Source: Escherichia phage adrianh. From it: a stretch of DNA of 64,000 bases. The notes under the pieces were generated by a model. It saw nothing but the letters and a program-made list of their open reading frames with translations, did not search any database and was not told the DNA's origin. Positions 43,109-61,957 of the stretch are shown piece after piece. The position numbers were made by a program, and so were the translations under genes. Location: sequence record MN850614.1, one strand, 5' to 3'. Positions within the stretch are counted from its first letter, which is position 1; each line of letters starts with the position of its first letter.

Positions 43109-44575
43109 ATGGCAGATATTACAGAAACACAAGAAAGCTTACCACCATTTAGAATGGGTGAAGTAGGTTCTTTGGGTCTGAAGGTTAAGAATGGAAGAAT
43201 CTATGAAGAACCTCGTCAGGCACTAAGGTTCCCTGAAAGTATTAAAACTTTCCAATTAATGATGCGTGACCCTGCTGTAGCAGCATCTGTAAATATTATT
43301 AAGATGTTTGTCAGAAAAGTCAACTGGAGATTCGTACCTCCAAAGGGAAAAGAGCAAGACCCTAAAATGCTTGAAAGAGCAGACTTCTTTAATTCTTTAA
43401 TGGATGACATGGAGCATGATTGGGCAGATTTTATTAACTCTGTAATGTCATTCTGCACTTATGGGTTCTGTGTTAACGAAAAGGTTTATAAGAAACGTCA
43501 GGGTAAAAAAGGAAAGTACCAGTCGAAATTTGATGATGGTCTAATTGGGTGGGCTAAATTACCAATCAGAAACCAGTCAACACTTGATAAATGGTATTTT
43601 GACGAAGACTTTAGAAAAGTTACTGGTGTTAGACAGAATCTGAGAAATGTTTCACATATTGCTGGAGCAATTAATCTTGGAGAAAGACCTCTAACAAGAA
43701 AGCTTCCACGAGCTAAATTCATGCTGTTTAAGTATGACGATGAATATGGAAATCCAGAAGGTCGTTCACCATTACTTAATGCTTATGTACCGTGGAAATA
43801 TAAAGTACAGATTGAAGAGTATGAGGCTGTTGGCGTTTCAAGAGACTTAGTAGGTATGCCAAAGATTGGTTTACCACCAGACTATCTAGATGAGAATGCA
43901 GAACCTGAAAAGAAAGCTTTCGTACAATACTGCAAAACTGTTGTTAATGATATGATTGCTAATGACAGAGCAGGTTTAATCTGGCCTAGATATATCGACC
44001 CAGATACTAAAGAGGATATCTTTGAGTTCTCATTAGTCTCTAGACAGGGTGCTAAAGCATATGATACAGGTTCTATCATTGACAGATATTCCAAGCAAAT
44101 TATGATGGCATTTATGTCAGATGTTCTTGCTATGGGTCAGTCAAAATATGGTTCATTCTCTCTTGCAGATTCTAAGACAAGCTTATTAGCAATGTCAGTA
44201 GATATTTTGCTGAAGCAAATTAAGAACGTAATTAACCGTGATTTAGTTGCACAGACTTATGCTCTTAATATGTGGGATGATGAAGAACATGTACAAATCA
44301 CATATGATGATATCGAAACTCCAGACCTTGAAGCAATTGGTTCTTATATTCAGAAGACTGTTGCAGTAGGTGCTTTGGAAGTTGACAAAGAGCTATCTAA
44401 CAAACTTAGAGAGCATATTGGTCTTCCTCCTGCTGATGAGTCTCAACCAGTATCTGAAAAGCTTTCTCCAAATAGCCAAAGCCGCTCAGGAGATGGTTAT
44501 AAGACCGCTGGAGAAGGTACTGCAAAGACACCTTCAGCGAAAGACCCAAGCACAGCAAATAAGGCAAATAAATAA
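43109..44575 (+). CDS. Portal protein (by position and size)
   Basis: About 489 aa directly after terminase; ATG 43109 (track start GTG 43100). Confidence 0.55.
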   Translation: MADITETQESLPPFRMGEVGSLGLKVKNGRIYEEPRQALRFPESIKTFQLMMRDPAVAASVNIIKMFVRKVNWRFVPPKGKEQDPKMLERADFFNSLMDDMEHDWADFINSVMSFCTYGFCVNEKVYKKRQGKKGKYQSKFDDGLIGWAKLPIRNQSTLDKWYFDEDFRKVTGVRQNLRNVSHIAGAINLGERPLTRKLPRAKFMLFKYDDEYGNPEGRSPLLNAYVPWKYKVQIEEYEAVGVSRDLVGMPKIGLPPDYLDENAEPEKKAFVQYCKTVVNDMIANDRAGLIWPRYIDPDTKEDIFEFSLVSRQGAKAYDTGSIIDRYSKQIMMAFMSDVLAMGQSKYGSFSLADSKTSLLAMSVDILLKQIKNVINRDLVAQTYALNMWDDEEHVQITYDDIETPDLEAIGSYIQKTVAVGALEVDKELSNKLREHIGLPPADESQPVSEKLSPNSQSRSGDGYKTAGEGTAKTPSAKDPSTANKANK

Positions 44576-45075
44576 TGGCTGAAGTTATCTCTATTTCAAA
44601 TGCTACACGAGTGCATTCGTATAGGGGTGTCCTTATCATTACTGATAAGTTATCTGTAGAGGCTGGCTCAAGGGTCAGCCTTTCAGGTTATGTTAGTGAT
44701 GGTGGAATCTCTGACGTTTTCACTATTTGCAGGTTACTTGATGCACCAATGAGTGGAAAACCGTTTATTTCAGGAAATTGTAGTGAAATTGTTAAAATTC
44801 CATTTGACAGTTCATGCCTTTTGGGTGTAAAGTTATATAACTGCGAGAATAAACGTATCAATGTTAATAGCATTGAAGCCGCTTTCATTACCCTCGATAC
44901 TGCATTTCAATCTCCAATGACAGTTAATAAAGAAACAAACAGACTTGAATACATTTTTTCACAAAATGATTACAAAGTACTTGTCAAAGGTAAAGTATAT
45001 GATATGATTGTAAATGTGGTAGATGAATCTGGTAACCATTCAACAGTCCTTAAACAAAAAGTAAGGTTTAATTAA
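44575..45075 (+). CDS. Hypothetical head-module protein
   Basis: 166 aa ORF. Confidence 0.4.
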   Translation: MAEVISISNATRVHSYRGVLIITDKLSVEAGSRVSLSGYVSDGGISDVFTICRLLDAPMSGKPFISGNCSEIVKIPFDSSCLLGVKLYNCENKRINVNSIEAAFITLDTAFQSPMTVNKETNRLEYIFSQNDYKVLVKGKVYDMIVNVVDESGNHSTVLKQKVRFN

Positions 45076-45407
45076 TGGGAACATTAACTATTGATGGTAA
45101 GAATAAAATCCTCGCCACGCTAACCCCAACGACTATTATTTTACACAATGTAGACCCAACGGCAGACCCTACAGCAAATAAGGTTACTCAGCCAGTGGCT
45201 ATTTATTTTTCTGAACCGGATAATGGCTTAATTGCCTCAGAAGACACAGTTAATATTACTGTCCCAGCTTCTGCAACGGTCTCACACTATAGCTTGTGGG
45301 ATGCTAACGATAAATGCGTGGCAACTGGTGCTCTTAGCAAACCTCAATTCTTTGCTGAAGAAGGTATCTATGTTATCTCTTCAGTCTCTGTAGATTTAAA
45401 CAAATAG
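45075..45407 (+). CDS. Hypothetical head-module protein
   Basis: 110 aa ORF. Confidence 0.4.
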   Translation: MGTLTIDGKNKILATLTPTTIILHNVDPTADPTANKVTQPVAIYFSEPDNGLIASEDTVNITVPASATVSHYSLWDANDKCVATGALSKPQFFAEEGIYVISSVSVDLNK

Positions 45408-45418
45408 GGTGAGTAAAA

Positions 45419-46765
45419 ATGAGTTCGAATATCTTCAGACTTGCTGATAGATTATTCAACCAACCTTTACTAGCCACTGAATCATTAGCTCACTCAGCAG
45501 CAACTTATGTGAATAACAGATTGCTGGGTGATGTCCAAGCAGCAGTAAACTTTGATAAACCTAAAGGTGAAGCAAGAAGTCTTTTAAAAGTAAAAGATGA
45601 TATTGCTATTATCCCTATTATGGGTGGCTTAACCCATCGTATGACATTCATTGATGCAATGTGCACAGGTGGTTTAAGTTCTTATGAAGGTTTACGCAGA
45701 GGCTTTGACGAAGCTTTAGCAGATGAGTCAATTAAGACTATTGTTCTGCACATTGATTCTGGTGGTGGTGAAGCTTCAGGTTGCTTTGAATTAGCACGTC
45801 ACATTATGGCTTCAAGAGGCCAAAAGAAAATTATTGCTTATGTAGATGAGTTCGCTTGTTCCGCTGCATATGCTCTTGCATCTTCTGCTGAAGAAATTAT
45901 TGCATCACCAGATGCAGATGTTGGTTCTATTGGTGTAATCATGGTTCATCAGGAATTAACTAAGGCATTTGAAAAGAATGGCGTAACAATTAACGTCATC
46001 AAAGCTGGTGAGTTTAAAGGTATGGGTTCACCATTCCAAGCACTTTCAGAAGAAAGCAAAGAAAGACTTCAAAAGAGGATTAATGATACCTACGCAACCT
46101 TTACAGGTTTTGTAGCTGAATCTCGTAATCTCTCTGAAGAAGCTGTAAAGAATACTGAGGCGAATGTTTATTCTGCTCAGGAAGCTCTTGAACTTGGTTT
46201 AATTAATTCAATCATGTCTCAAGATGATTTCTTAAATTACTTACAAGGTTCTGAAGAGGCTCCTGTAAGTTTAAACGTTAACAATTCAGGTGAAGAAATG
46301 ACTGAACAAGAAAAGCAAGAACTAGAAGCTTTGCGTCTTCAGGTTGCTCAAATGAAAGCTAAAGAACAGGAAGCTGCTTTGTCAGATTTGACTAATAAGA
46401 TTTCTGCTTCTGCTGAAGCTTTTGGATTTGATGCAAAAGAAGCTGCAACGACTATTTTAGGTGCTGGTCTTGATAACCCTCTGAGTGTTCTGTTTATGAA
46501 TGCTATGGAAGGTGCTAACCAGAAACTTAATGAAACTATCGCGTCCCATGCTTCTGCAATGGAAGAAAAAGAATCAGAAATTACCAAGCTGAAAGAAACT
46601 GCTGGTGCTGTTCTTGAACATTCCAACGCTATGGAAGAAATGGGTAATGACGGCGAAGCTGATTTGGTTGAAGAAGAAAAAGAACCAGCTAAGAATGCTT
46701 CCGAAGACACCGCTGAACAACGCAAACTGGCTCTCCAGAATGCTCTAAAATCTCTTATCAAATAA
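45419..46765 (+). CDS. Prohead protease (S49/ClpP-like) with C-terminal scaffold-like region
   Basis: 448 aa; IDSGGGEASG and neighbouring protease-like blocks; C-terminal coiled-coil Glu/Ala/Lys-rich segment. Confidence 0.6.
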   Translation: MSSNIFRLADRLFNQPLLATESLAHSAATYVNNRLLGDVQAAVNFDKPKGEARSLLKVKDDIAIIPIMGGLTHRMTFIDAMCTGGLSSYEGLRRGFDEALADESIKTIVLHIDSGGGEASGCFELARHIMASRGQKKIIAYVDEFACSAAYALASSAEEIIASPDADVGSIGVIMVHQELTKAFEKNGVTINVIKAGEFKGMGSPFQALSEESKERLQKRINDTYATFTGFVAESRNLSEEAVKNTEANVYSAQEALELGLINSIMSQDDFLNYLQGSEEAPVSLNVNNSGEEMTEQEKQELEALRLQVAQMKAKEQEAALSDLTNKISASAEAFGFDAKEAATTILGAGLDNPLSVLFMNAMEGANQKLNETIASHASAMEEKESEITKLKETAGAVLEHSNAMEEMGNDGEADLVEEEKEPAKNASEDTAEQRKLALQNALKSLIK

Positions 46766-46776
46766 GGAACACAATA

Positions 46777-47154
46777 ATGGCATATCAAGGTTTTACTAAG
46801 TTAGGTAAAAGAGAACCTCTGAATGATATCATTCTTTGGGAACAGGTTACCCCAACAGGCCACTCTCGTAAAGAGTACACTCCACAGGCATCTACAGAAT
46901 ATCGTGTAGGTGAAGTTCTGAAGGAAGACGGTACTAAAGTCGCAGCAGGGGAAGAAGCTCAGGCTGATTCTGTATGTATCGTTAACTTTTATTCAGACCT
47001 GCAACTGTCTTACCACGGTCAGTTGAAAGTTGTTGGTATTTACCGTGACGCAGAACTGAAAGACATGCTTACTCTTGAGTCTGGTGTTAATGCTGAGAAC
47101 GTCAAGAAAGCTCTGGCTGCTAAAGGTATTGATTTCGTACCAACTGGCCTGTAA
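46777..47154 (+). CDS. Possible head decoration protein
   Basis: 125 aa ORF between protease and major capsid genes. Confidence 0.35.
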   Translation: MAYQGFTKLGKREPLNDIILWEQVTPTGHSRKEYTPQASTEYRVGEVLKEDGTKVAAGEEAQADSVCIVNFYSDLQLSYHGQLKVVGIYRDAELKDMLTLESGVNAENVKKALAAKGIDFVPTGL

Positions 47155-47187
47155 TAACAATAATAAGACATTCTGGAGAATTTTACA

Positions 47188-48291
47188 ATGTTGACTAATT
47201 CTGAAAAAAGCAGATTTTTCCTTGCTGACCTGACTGGTGAAGTCCAGTCTATCCCAAATACTTATGGGTATATTTCCAACTTAGGTCTGTTCCGTTCAGC
47301 ACCAATCACCCAAACTACTTTCCTTATGGACTTGACTGATTGGGATGTTAGCTTGCTTGATGCGGTAGACCGTGATAGCCGTAAAGCAGAGACTAGCGCA
47401 CCTGAGCGTGTTCGTCAAATCAGCTTCCCAATGATGTACTTCAAAGAAGTTGAAAGCATCACTCCTGATGAAATTCAGGGTGTACGTCAGCCAGGCACTG
47501 CAAACGAACTGACTACTGAAGCTGTAGTACGTGCTAAGAAGCTGATGAAGATTCGTACCAAGTTCGATATTACTCGTGAGTTCCTGTTTATGCAAGCTCT
47601 GAAGGGTAAAGTTGTTGATGCTCGTGGTACTCTGTATGCTGACCTGTACAAGCAGTTCGACGTTGAGAAGAAAACTGTTTACTTCGACCTTGACAACCCT
47701 AATGCTGACATCGACGCTTCTATTGAAGAACTGCGTATGCACATGGAAGACGAAGCTAAGACTGGCACTGTAATCAACGGTGAAGAAATTCACGTAGTTG
47801 TTGACCGTGTATTCTTCAGCAAACTGGTTAAGCATCCTAAGATTCGTGACGCTTATCTTGCACAGCAGACTCCGCTGGCTTGGCAACAGATTACTGGTTC
47901 TCTGAGAACTGGTGGTACTGACGGCGTTCAGGCTCACATGAACACCTTCTACTACGGTGGTGTTAAGTTTGTCCAGTACAACGGTAAGTTCAAAGACAAG
48001 CGTGGTAAGGTTCATACTCTGGTGAGCATTGATGGTGCTGGTGCAGAGGTTGGTGTAGGACACGCTTTCCCTAACGTTTCTATGCTTGGTGAAGCAAACA
48101 ACATCTTCGAAGTGGCTTATGGTCCATGTCCTAAGATGGGTTACGCAAATACACTTGGTCAGGAACTGTACGTATTCGAATATGAAAAAGACCGTGACGA
48201 AGGTATTGACTTCGAAGCTCACTCTTACATGCTGCCATACTGTACTCGTCCTCAGTTGCTGGTAGATGTTCGTGCTGACGCTAAAGACTAA
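47188..48291 (+). CDS. Major capsid protein (by position)
   Basis: 367 aa after protease/scaffold; strong RBS; size fits HK97-type capsid proteins. Confidence 0.55.
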   Translation: MLTNSEKSRFFLADLTGEVQSIPNTYGYISNLGLFRSAPITQTTFLMDLTDWDVSLLDAVDRDSRKAETSAPERVRQISFPMMYFKEVESITPDEIQGVRQPGTANELTTEAVVRAKKLMKIRTKFDITREFLFMQALKGKVVDARGTLYADLYKQFDVEKKTVYFDLDNPNADIDASIEELRMHMEDEAKTGTVINGEEIHVVVDRVFFSKLVKHPKIRDAYLAQQTPLAWQQITGSLRTGGTDGVQAHMNTFYYGGVKFVQYNGKFKDKRGKVHTLVSIDGAGAEVGVGHAFPNVSMLGEANNIFEVAYGPCPKMGYANTLGQELYVFEYEKDRDEGIDFEAHSYMLPYCTRPQLLVDVRADAKD

Positions 48292-48312
48292 TATTCTTAA
48301 GGAGGGTTATGA

Positions 48313-48762
48313 ATGTGTTATACAGGCGACCCAGCCAATAACCCTCTTGATAGAGTAAGAATCCTCTGCACAGACACCAATAATGATGAAATTCTTATTG
48401 AACAGTCTGTGCTAGAGTGGTTCTATCTAGAATCTGGAAAGGATGAAAAGAAAGCAGCCATCAAAGCTCTTAAATATTTACTCTTTCAAGTAGCCAAGAT
48501 GGGAGATGAGAAGGTTGGTGGTGTTTATTTACGTAACTCTTCCAGATTCAAATCTCTGAAAGCTGTTTATGACGACCTTGTTAAAAGCTCTGTTTCAGGA
48601 CTACCCTATGCAGGTGGTATTAATCAGTGTGACATTGATATGCGTCGTCAGAATCCTTGCTCTGTCAAGAAATACACAGAATATGGTGATGCTGCCAGAT
48701 ACGAAGGCAGAGATTACTGCAACCGTGTTAATGGCGTATTTATTATCGAGCGAGATGAATAA
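48313..48762 (+). CDS. Head-tail connector/completion protein (hypothetical)
   Basis: 149 aa ORF after capsid gene. Confidence 0.35.
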   Translation: MCYTGDPANNPLDRVRILCTDTNNDEILIEQSVLEWFYLESGKDEKKAAIKALKYLLFQVAKMGDEKVGGVYLRNSSRFKSLKAVYDDLVKSSVSGLPYAGGINQCDIDMRRQNPCSVKKYTEYGDAARYEGRDYCNRVNGVFIIERDE

Positions 48763-49244
48763 TGGTTAAAAGGGTTATTCACCCCGCTAGAGCAAAATTA
48801 GTCGGGGCTATGAAGAACTTGCAAACGGCTAATGCTCAAGTTGGGTATTTTCAAGAACAAGGTCAACATAGCTCTGGTTTTTCTTATCCTGCTTTAATGT
48901 ATTTACAAGAAGTTATTGGGGTTCCTTCAGCTTCTGGTAAAGTATATCGTAGGTTGTTTGAAATCACTATGATGCTAAACAGACAGACCTTGTTAGAGCA
49001 GACTAAGAAGAATCTATATAAGCAACTTAGCAGTCTCAACGTAGACCCCTCAGATACCTTAGAAGCATTTGCAAAGAATGCTCAAAAGGCAATTAAAAGA
49101 GGTTTTGGTAATTCTGCTATCCTCCCTCCTAACGCACCTTCCACAGTCAAGAAAAAAGGCTTTAATGCACCTCTTGTTGAGACAGGTGACTTAAGGGATA
49201 ACCTTGCTTATAAAATTTCTACTAAGAAGGGTATTAAGAAATGA
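48762..49244 (+). CDS. Head-tail connector/completion protein (hypothetical)
   Basis: 160 aa ORF. Confidence 0.35.
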   Translation: MVKRVIHPARAKLVGAMKNLQTANAQVGYFQEQGQHSSGFSYPALMYLQEVIGVPSASGKVYRRLFEITMMLNRQTLLEQTKKNLYKQLSSLNVDPSDTLEAFAKNAQKAIKRGFGNSAILPPNAPSTVKKKGFNAPLVETGDLRDNLAYKISTKKGIKK

Positions 49245-49642
49245 GACTCTTAAACAGACACAGCTTTGTAGTAAAGCGTAAAGTCTCTGAAGACGGTTAT
49301 TATAATGATGATGGTGATTGGGTAGCTTCACAAGATATTGTAGAGGTTAACTGTAAAGGTAATATCCAGCCATATATCAAAGGTTCTGTAAAGAATGGTA
49401 CACAGATTGCTTTACCGGAAGGTATCAGGCTTACCGATACAAGAATCCTGTATACCACATATAGACTTAGAACTTCAGATGATGTAGAGTGGAATGAGTC
49501 TGATATTGTTATGATTGATGGTCATGAGTATGAAGTATTTATGACTATGGATTGGTCACAGCAATTAGCCCATACATCCCATTATGAATATATCATTATT
49601 AGAAGGGATAAAATGAATGCAGTTAGAAACAGCAGAACTTGA
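49241..49642 (+). CDS. Head-tail connector/completion protein (hypothetical)
   Basis: 133 aa ORF. Confidence 0.35.
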   Translation: MRLLNRHSFVVKRKVSEDGYYNDDGDWVASQDIVEVNCKGNIQPYIKGSVKNGTQIALPEGIRLTDTRILYTTYRLRTSDDVEWNESDIVMIDGHEYEVFMTMDWSQQLAHTSHYEYIIIRRDKMNAVRNSRT

Positions 49643-50216
49643 AAAAGGTCTAGTTAGAACCTTAGTGGGTGTTATTGGTCACAGACTAGCTCGTGATAAA
49701 AATAATAGACCAAATGTAATTAGAGCTTACCCTTCTGATAACTCAAATGACAAAGGTTTAAAACCTGACCAGCCATTTATTACCGTATATTGTCAAGATG
49801 CTGCAACACCTTATGGTTGGGTTCTTGATAAGTTTGTTGAGGATGATGTAGTTTGCTACAGAATTGCTTTTCAGATTCCAGTATTAATTACGGTGAATGG
49901 TAAAGGTGCTCACAGTATTATGCTTGAGCTTAAACAACGATTAGAGATGAGTTCAGTCAGAGATTTAATCCTTGAAGAAACAGGAGCTACAGTACTAGAC
50001 ACTGGAGCTATCCCGAATGACTATACTTATCTCAATACAGATTTCGAAAATTCTGCACCTCTTGTTGTAACTCTTGTAAAAAACTCAGTCCTGAAGGATG
50101 AACGTGGAAGTATTATTGAGCGTGTCATTGTTGATGGTGAGTTGGTTTATGAAGAAGGGCAAGAGCCACCAGAATATACTATCCATCTAGAAGTAGACTC
50201 CAAAGGGGTAAAATAA
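49617..50216 (+). CDS. Tail completion protein (hypothetical)
   Basis: 199 aa ORF. Confidence 0.35.
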   Translation: MQLETAELEKGLVRTLVGVIGHRLARDKNNRPNVIRAYPSDNSNDKGLKPDQPFITVYCQDAATPYGWVLDKFVEDDVVCYRIAFQIPVLITVNGKGAHSIMLELKQRLEMSSVRDLILEETGATVLDTGAIPNDYTYLNTDFENSAPLVVTLVKNSVLKDERGSIIERVIVDGELVYEEGQEPPEYTIHLEVDSKGVK

Positions 50217-51569
50217 ATGTGGAATCCAATTGTTAATGTAGATATTACATTGAACACCGCAGGAACTACAAGAGAAGGTTTTGGTTTGCCACTATTCTTA
50301 GCTTCAACAGATAACTTTGAAGAAAGAGTACGTGGTTACACTTCCTTAACTGAAGTTGCTGAAGATTTCGATGAGAATACTGCTGCATATAAGGCTGCTA
50401 AACAACTTTGGAGTCAGACTCCTAAAGTAACTCAGCTTTATATCGGTAGACGCGCTATGCAGTACACTGTATCAATTCCTGATGCCGTTACCGAAAGTAC
50501 AGACTACTCAATTACTGTAGCTGTTGGCGGTGGAATTTCTCAACCATACCAGTACACAGCACAAGATTCAGACACTGCTGAGGTAGTGTTGCAACAGTTT
50601 AAAACACAGATTGAAGCTGACCCAACAATCAAAGATAAGGTTTCTGTGAATGTAACTGGTAGCAATGGCTCTGCCACAATGATTATTACCAAAGCTGGTG
50701 ATAATGACTTTGTGAAAGTAACAACCACAGCACAGACTGTATATATTGCAAGTACAACTGCTGATACAGCAGCAACTGCTCTGGCAGCTATCGAAGCTTA
50801 CTCTACTGACTGGTATTTCATTGCAGCAGAAGACAGAACTCAACAGTTTGTCTTAGCAATGGCTTCTGAGATTCAGGCTCGTAAGAAAATCTTCTTTACG
50901 GCTAACTCCGATGTAACAGCCCTACAAGGTACAGAATTAGCCAGTGCAAATGATGTTCCAGCACAGCTTGCTAAGAATATGTACACTCGCACAGTTTGCT
51001 TGTGGCATCACGCAGCAGCAGAAGATTATCCAGAGATGGCATACATTGCTTATGGTGCTCCATATGATGCAGGCTCAATTGCTTGGGGTAATGCTCAGCT
51101 AACTGGCGTAGTAGCTTCTCTACAACCATCTAATCAGAGACCTCTGACAAGTATTCAGAAGTCTGCTTTAGATGTTCGTCACTGTAACTTTATTGACCTT
51201 GATGGTGGTGTTCCAGTGGTTCGTAGAGGGATTACTTCTGGTGGGGAATGGATTGATATCGTCCGTGGTGTTGACTGGTTAGAATCAGACCTGAAAACTT
51301 CTCTGAGAGACTTGCTAATTAACCAGAAGGGTGGTAAGATTACTTATGATGATACTGGTATTACCCGTATTCGTCAAGTCATTGAAACCTCTCTGCAAAG
51401 AGCAGTCAACAGAAACTTCCTGTCATCTTACACAGTTAATGTTCCTAAAGCCTCTCAAGTTGCTTTAGCAGACAAGAAAGCACGTATCCTGAAAGATGTT
51501 ACCTTCGCAGGTATCTTAGCAGGGGCTATCTTGGATGTTGACTTGAAAGGTACAGTGGCTTACGAATAA
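50217..51569 (+). CDS. Tail sheath protein (by position)
   Basis: 450 aa, directly upstream of tube-sized gene and chaperone/tape-measure set. Confidence 0.5.
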   Translation: MWNPIVNVDITLNTAGTTREGFGLPLFLASTDNFEERVRGYTSLTEVAEDFDENTAAYKAAKQLWSQTPKVTQLYIGRRAMQYTVSIPDAVTESTDYSITVAVGGGISQPYQYTAQDSDTAEVVLQQFKTQIEADPTIKDKVSVNVTGSNGSATMIITKAGDNDFVKVTTTAQTVYIASTTADTAATALAAIEAYSTDWYFIAAEDRTQQFVLAMASEIQARKKIFFTANSDVTALQGTELASANDVPAQLAKNMYTRTVCLWHHAAAEDYPEMAYIAYGAPYDAGSIAWGNAQLTGVVASLQPSNQRPLTSIQKSALDVRHCNFIDLDGGVPVVRRGITSGGEWIDIVRGVDWLESDLKTSLRDLLINQKGGKITYDDTGITRIRQVIETSLQRAVNRNFLSSYTVNVPKASQVALADKKARILKDVTFAGILAGAILDVDLKGTVAYE

Positions 51570-51584
51570 TAGAGGTAAATTGGA

Positions 51585-52031
51585 ATGGCTATGTATCAGC
51601 AATATTCCCCTAAAGACGTTGTATGTAGCTGGAACGGCATTGCTATTGAAGGCTTTGCTCCAGACTCATTCTTGCGTCTACAGAGAACATCACCACTTGT
51701 GACACCAGTTGTTGGTGCAGGTGGTCAGGTTGCTCTGACACGAAATGCAGACAAGACAGGTACTATTGAGATTGAGCTAATGCAGACTTCTCTCTCTAAC
51801 CAGATGCTTTCTGCAATTCAAGCTAAACAAGACAATATGGAACTTGAAGAAGATATCTCTTCTAACTTCGTAATCTACGACCCATCAGGCTCTGTTCTGG
51901 CAACTGGTATTAACGCTTGGTTGCAGGAGTTACCACAGATTGAACTTGGTCGTGACCAGAACTCTAAAACTTGGATTTTTGGTTGTGAGAAGTTAGACTA
52001 CACTTCTACAATTCCAGCGTCAAGTGTTTAA
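51585..52031 (+). CDS. Tail tube protein (by position)
   Basis: 148 aa followed by a strong terminator. Confidence 0.5.
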   Translation: MAMYQQYSPKDVVCSWNGIAIEGFAPDSFLRLQRTSPLVTPVVGAGGQVALTRNADKTGTIEIELMQTSLSNQMLSAIQAKQDNMELEEDISSNFVIYDPSGSVLATGINAWLQELPQIELGRDQNSKTWIFGCEKLDYTSTIPASSV

Positions 52032-52043
52032 TAAATCCTATAA

Positions 52044-52076
52044 GGGGGAGACTTTAAAAGGTCTTCCCCTTTTTTG
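52044..52076 (+). terminator. Rho-independent terminator after tube gene
   Basis: GGGGGAGAC..GTCTTCCCC hairpin then TTTTTT. Confidence 0.6.
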
Positions 52077-52103
52077 TTTCTTTTAAAGTATTAAGGAATC
52101 ACA

Positions 52104-52502
52104 ATGAAAACAGAATCTAGAGTAATTAATGGTAAGAAAGTAAATATCGTTCTGCTTGGGGCAAGAGATGGTATTAAGATGTCTATGAAGTTGGGTAAGA
52201 TTGTTGTCCCAACCTTTGCACAGATGCTATCAAGTCTGACTGACAAGGGTAAGAAAGAAGCTCCAATGGTTCCATTTAAAGAACTTGTTGAAGCTTGTTT
52301 TGACAGAATTGAAGAAATTAACCTTGAAGAGATGGCTACCCTGCTGTTTCAAGGGGCAACTGTTGATGACTTCCCACTTAATATTGATACGTACTTCCAA
52401 GCAAACTACGGTGAGTTTATTGATTACTTAGCATTTGCGCTGGAGGCAAACTTCGGAAGTTTTTTCGAAGCAAGCATTTTCAAAAGCCTAACTTCTCAGT
52501 AA
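52104..52502 (+). CDS. Tail assembly chaperone (by position)
   Basis: 132 aa acidic protein before tape measure. Confidence 0.4.
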   Translation: MKTESRVINGKKVNIVLLGARDGIKMSMKLGKIVVPTFAQMLSSLTDKGKKEAPMVPFKELVEACFDRIEEINLEEMATLLFQGATVDDFPLNIDTYFQANYGEFIDYLAFALEANFGSFFEASIFKSLTSQ

Positions 52503-52504
52503 AC

Positions 52505-52743
52505 ATGGGTAACACTCTACAGACACCACTAACTGATGCTGCTGTAGAGGCAACCTATGAAGAAGCAGACGAGATGAAATTTGTGCTTGCTATTTATGGT
52601 ATGGAAGGGTGTAAAGAAACACTTGACCAACTCTTTGCTATGACATTCTCTGATTTATTATCATTGAGACAATTTCTTGAGATTCAGAGGTCGTATAAAG
52701 AGGAAATTGCTTACAACGAACTTAGAAGAGCAGGAAAAATGTA

Positions 52744-52744
<1 letters not shown>
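52505..52744 (+). CDS. Tail assembly protein (hypothetical)
   Basis: 79 aa ORF between chaperone and tape measure. Confidence 0.35.
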
Positions 52745-60760
<8,016 letters not shown>

Positions 60761-60762
60761 TA

Positions 60763-61911
60763 ATGGCAGTAGGTGAAATTCAAATTAGTGCCTTGCCTCA
60801 AGCAGCCTTACCAATTGACCTTAGTGATATCTTCCATCTTAAACAGGGTATCGATGATAAGAGATGCACTCTTGAGCAATTACTTGCTCCACACTCAAGC
60901 CTAAGAAATAACCCTCATGGTGTTACTAAGACACAAATTGGTTTAGATAACGTTATTAATGCTCTCCAGTTAGTTGCTGAAAATAACTTATCAGACATTG
61001 TTAATGTAGCTGAGGCAAGAGCAAATCTACAGATTATGTCTTCAGAAGAGGTTAATAATCTTATTCAACAACATATTGATGATAAGAGCAACCCACACAA
61101 TACCACTAAGGCACAGGTTGGGTTAAGTAATGTTCAGAACTGGGTGACATCTAACCTTTATAACGAGGATGCAGATAAGTATGCTACAGCAAGAGCAGTA
61201 AATAACTTGTACAAGGCTGTTCAGGCTTCTTATCCAGTAGGTACTATCCATCTCTCTATGAATCCTGCAAACCCTTCTACATATTTAATTTGTGGAGGTA
61301 CTTGGGAGTTAGTTTCAAAAGGAAGAGCACTTGTAGGTTATGATAGTGCTTCTAGGCCAGTTGGCTCAACGTTTGGTTCGCAGACTACTGCACTGACAGT
61401 TAACAACATTCCTGCACATACTCACTCAGTATACGTCACTGGTGGTGGTCACACACACGGTGCAACGGCCTCTGTCAGTGCTTTTGACTACGGTACTAAA
61501 GGGACTACAACGTTTGACTATGGAACAAAGACTGTATCTACTTATGACTATGGTAACAGAACAACCAGTGCTGCTGGTTTAACACAAACAACATTCATTA
61601 ATCGTGGTTATGCTGATGGTGGTTGGAGAGGTTTATCAGTTGAGGGGGCAAGCTATGACCCAAGAGCTACGCTGACAACAGCTAACAACCACACTCACTC
61701 TGTAGCAATTGGTGCGCATAATCACACAGTTGGTATTGGTGCTCACAGTCATTCTGTTGCAATTGGCTCCCACAACCACTCAGCAACAGTAACAGTAACC
61801 GGAGCAGGTGAGCATTCGCACTCTGGCACAACTGGCACAACTGGTTCTGGTCAAGCATTTAGCGTTGAACAGCCATCCTTCGTATTGTATGTATGGCAGA
61901 GAACAGCTTAA
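60763..61911 (+). CDS. Tail fibre protein with HxH repeats
   Basis: 382 aa; repeated HTHS/HNHT/HSHS motifs and FDYGTK repeats in C-terminal half. Confidence 0.55.
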   Translation: MAVGEIQISALPQAALPIDLSDIFHLKQGIDDKRCTLEQLLAPHSSLRNNPHGVTKTQIGLDNVINALQLVAENNLSDIVNVAEARANLQIMSSEEVNNLIQQHIDDKSNPHNTTKAQVGLSNVQNWVTSNLYNEDADKYATARAVNNLYKAVQASYPVGTIHLSMNPANPSTYLICGGTWELVSKGRALVGYDSASRPVGSTFGSQTTALTVNNIPAHTHSVYVTGGGHTHGATASVSAFDYGTKGTTTFDYGTKTVSTYDYGNRTTSAAGLTQTTFINRGYADGGWRGLSVEGASYDPRATLTTANNHTHSVAIGAHNHTVGIGAHSHSVAIGSHNHSATVTVTGAGEHSHSGTTGTTGSGQAFSVEQPSFVLYVWQRTA

Positions 61912-61920
61912 TTTCTTTAC

Positions 61921-61942
61921 AGGGGCTGTATAGCCCCTTTTA
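61921..61942 (+). terminator. Rho-independent terminator
   Basis: AGGGGCT GTAT AGCCCCT then TTT. Confidence 0.5.
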
Positions 61943-61957
61943 AGAGGAAAATTTATA

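Noticed and set aside
47296-48222. 308 aa minus-strand ORF inside the major capsid gene
   Set aside because: Fully antisense to a well-supported late gene in an otherwise unidirectional module, with no RBS; treated as a chance open frame. The same applies to 8928-9458, 46348-46788, 59678-60205, 7328-7639 and other antisense track ORFs.
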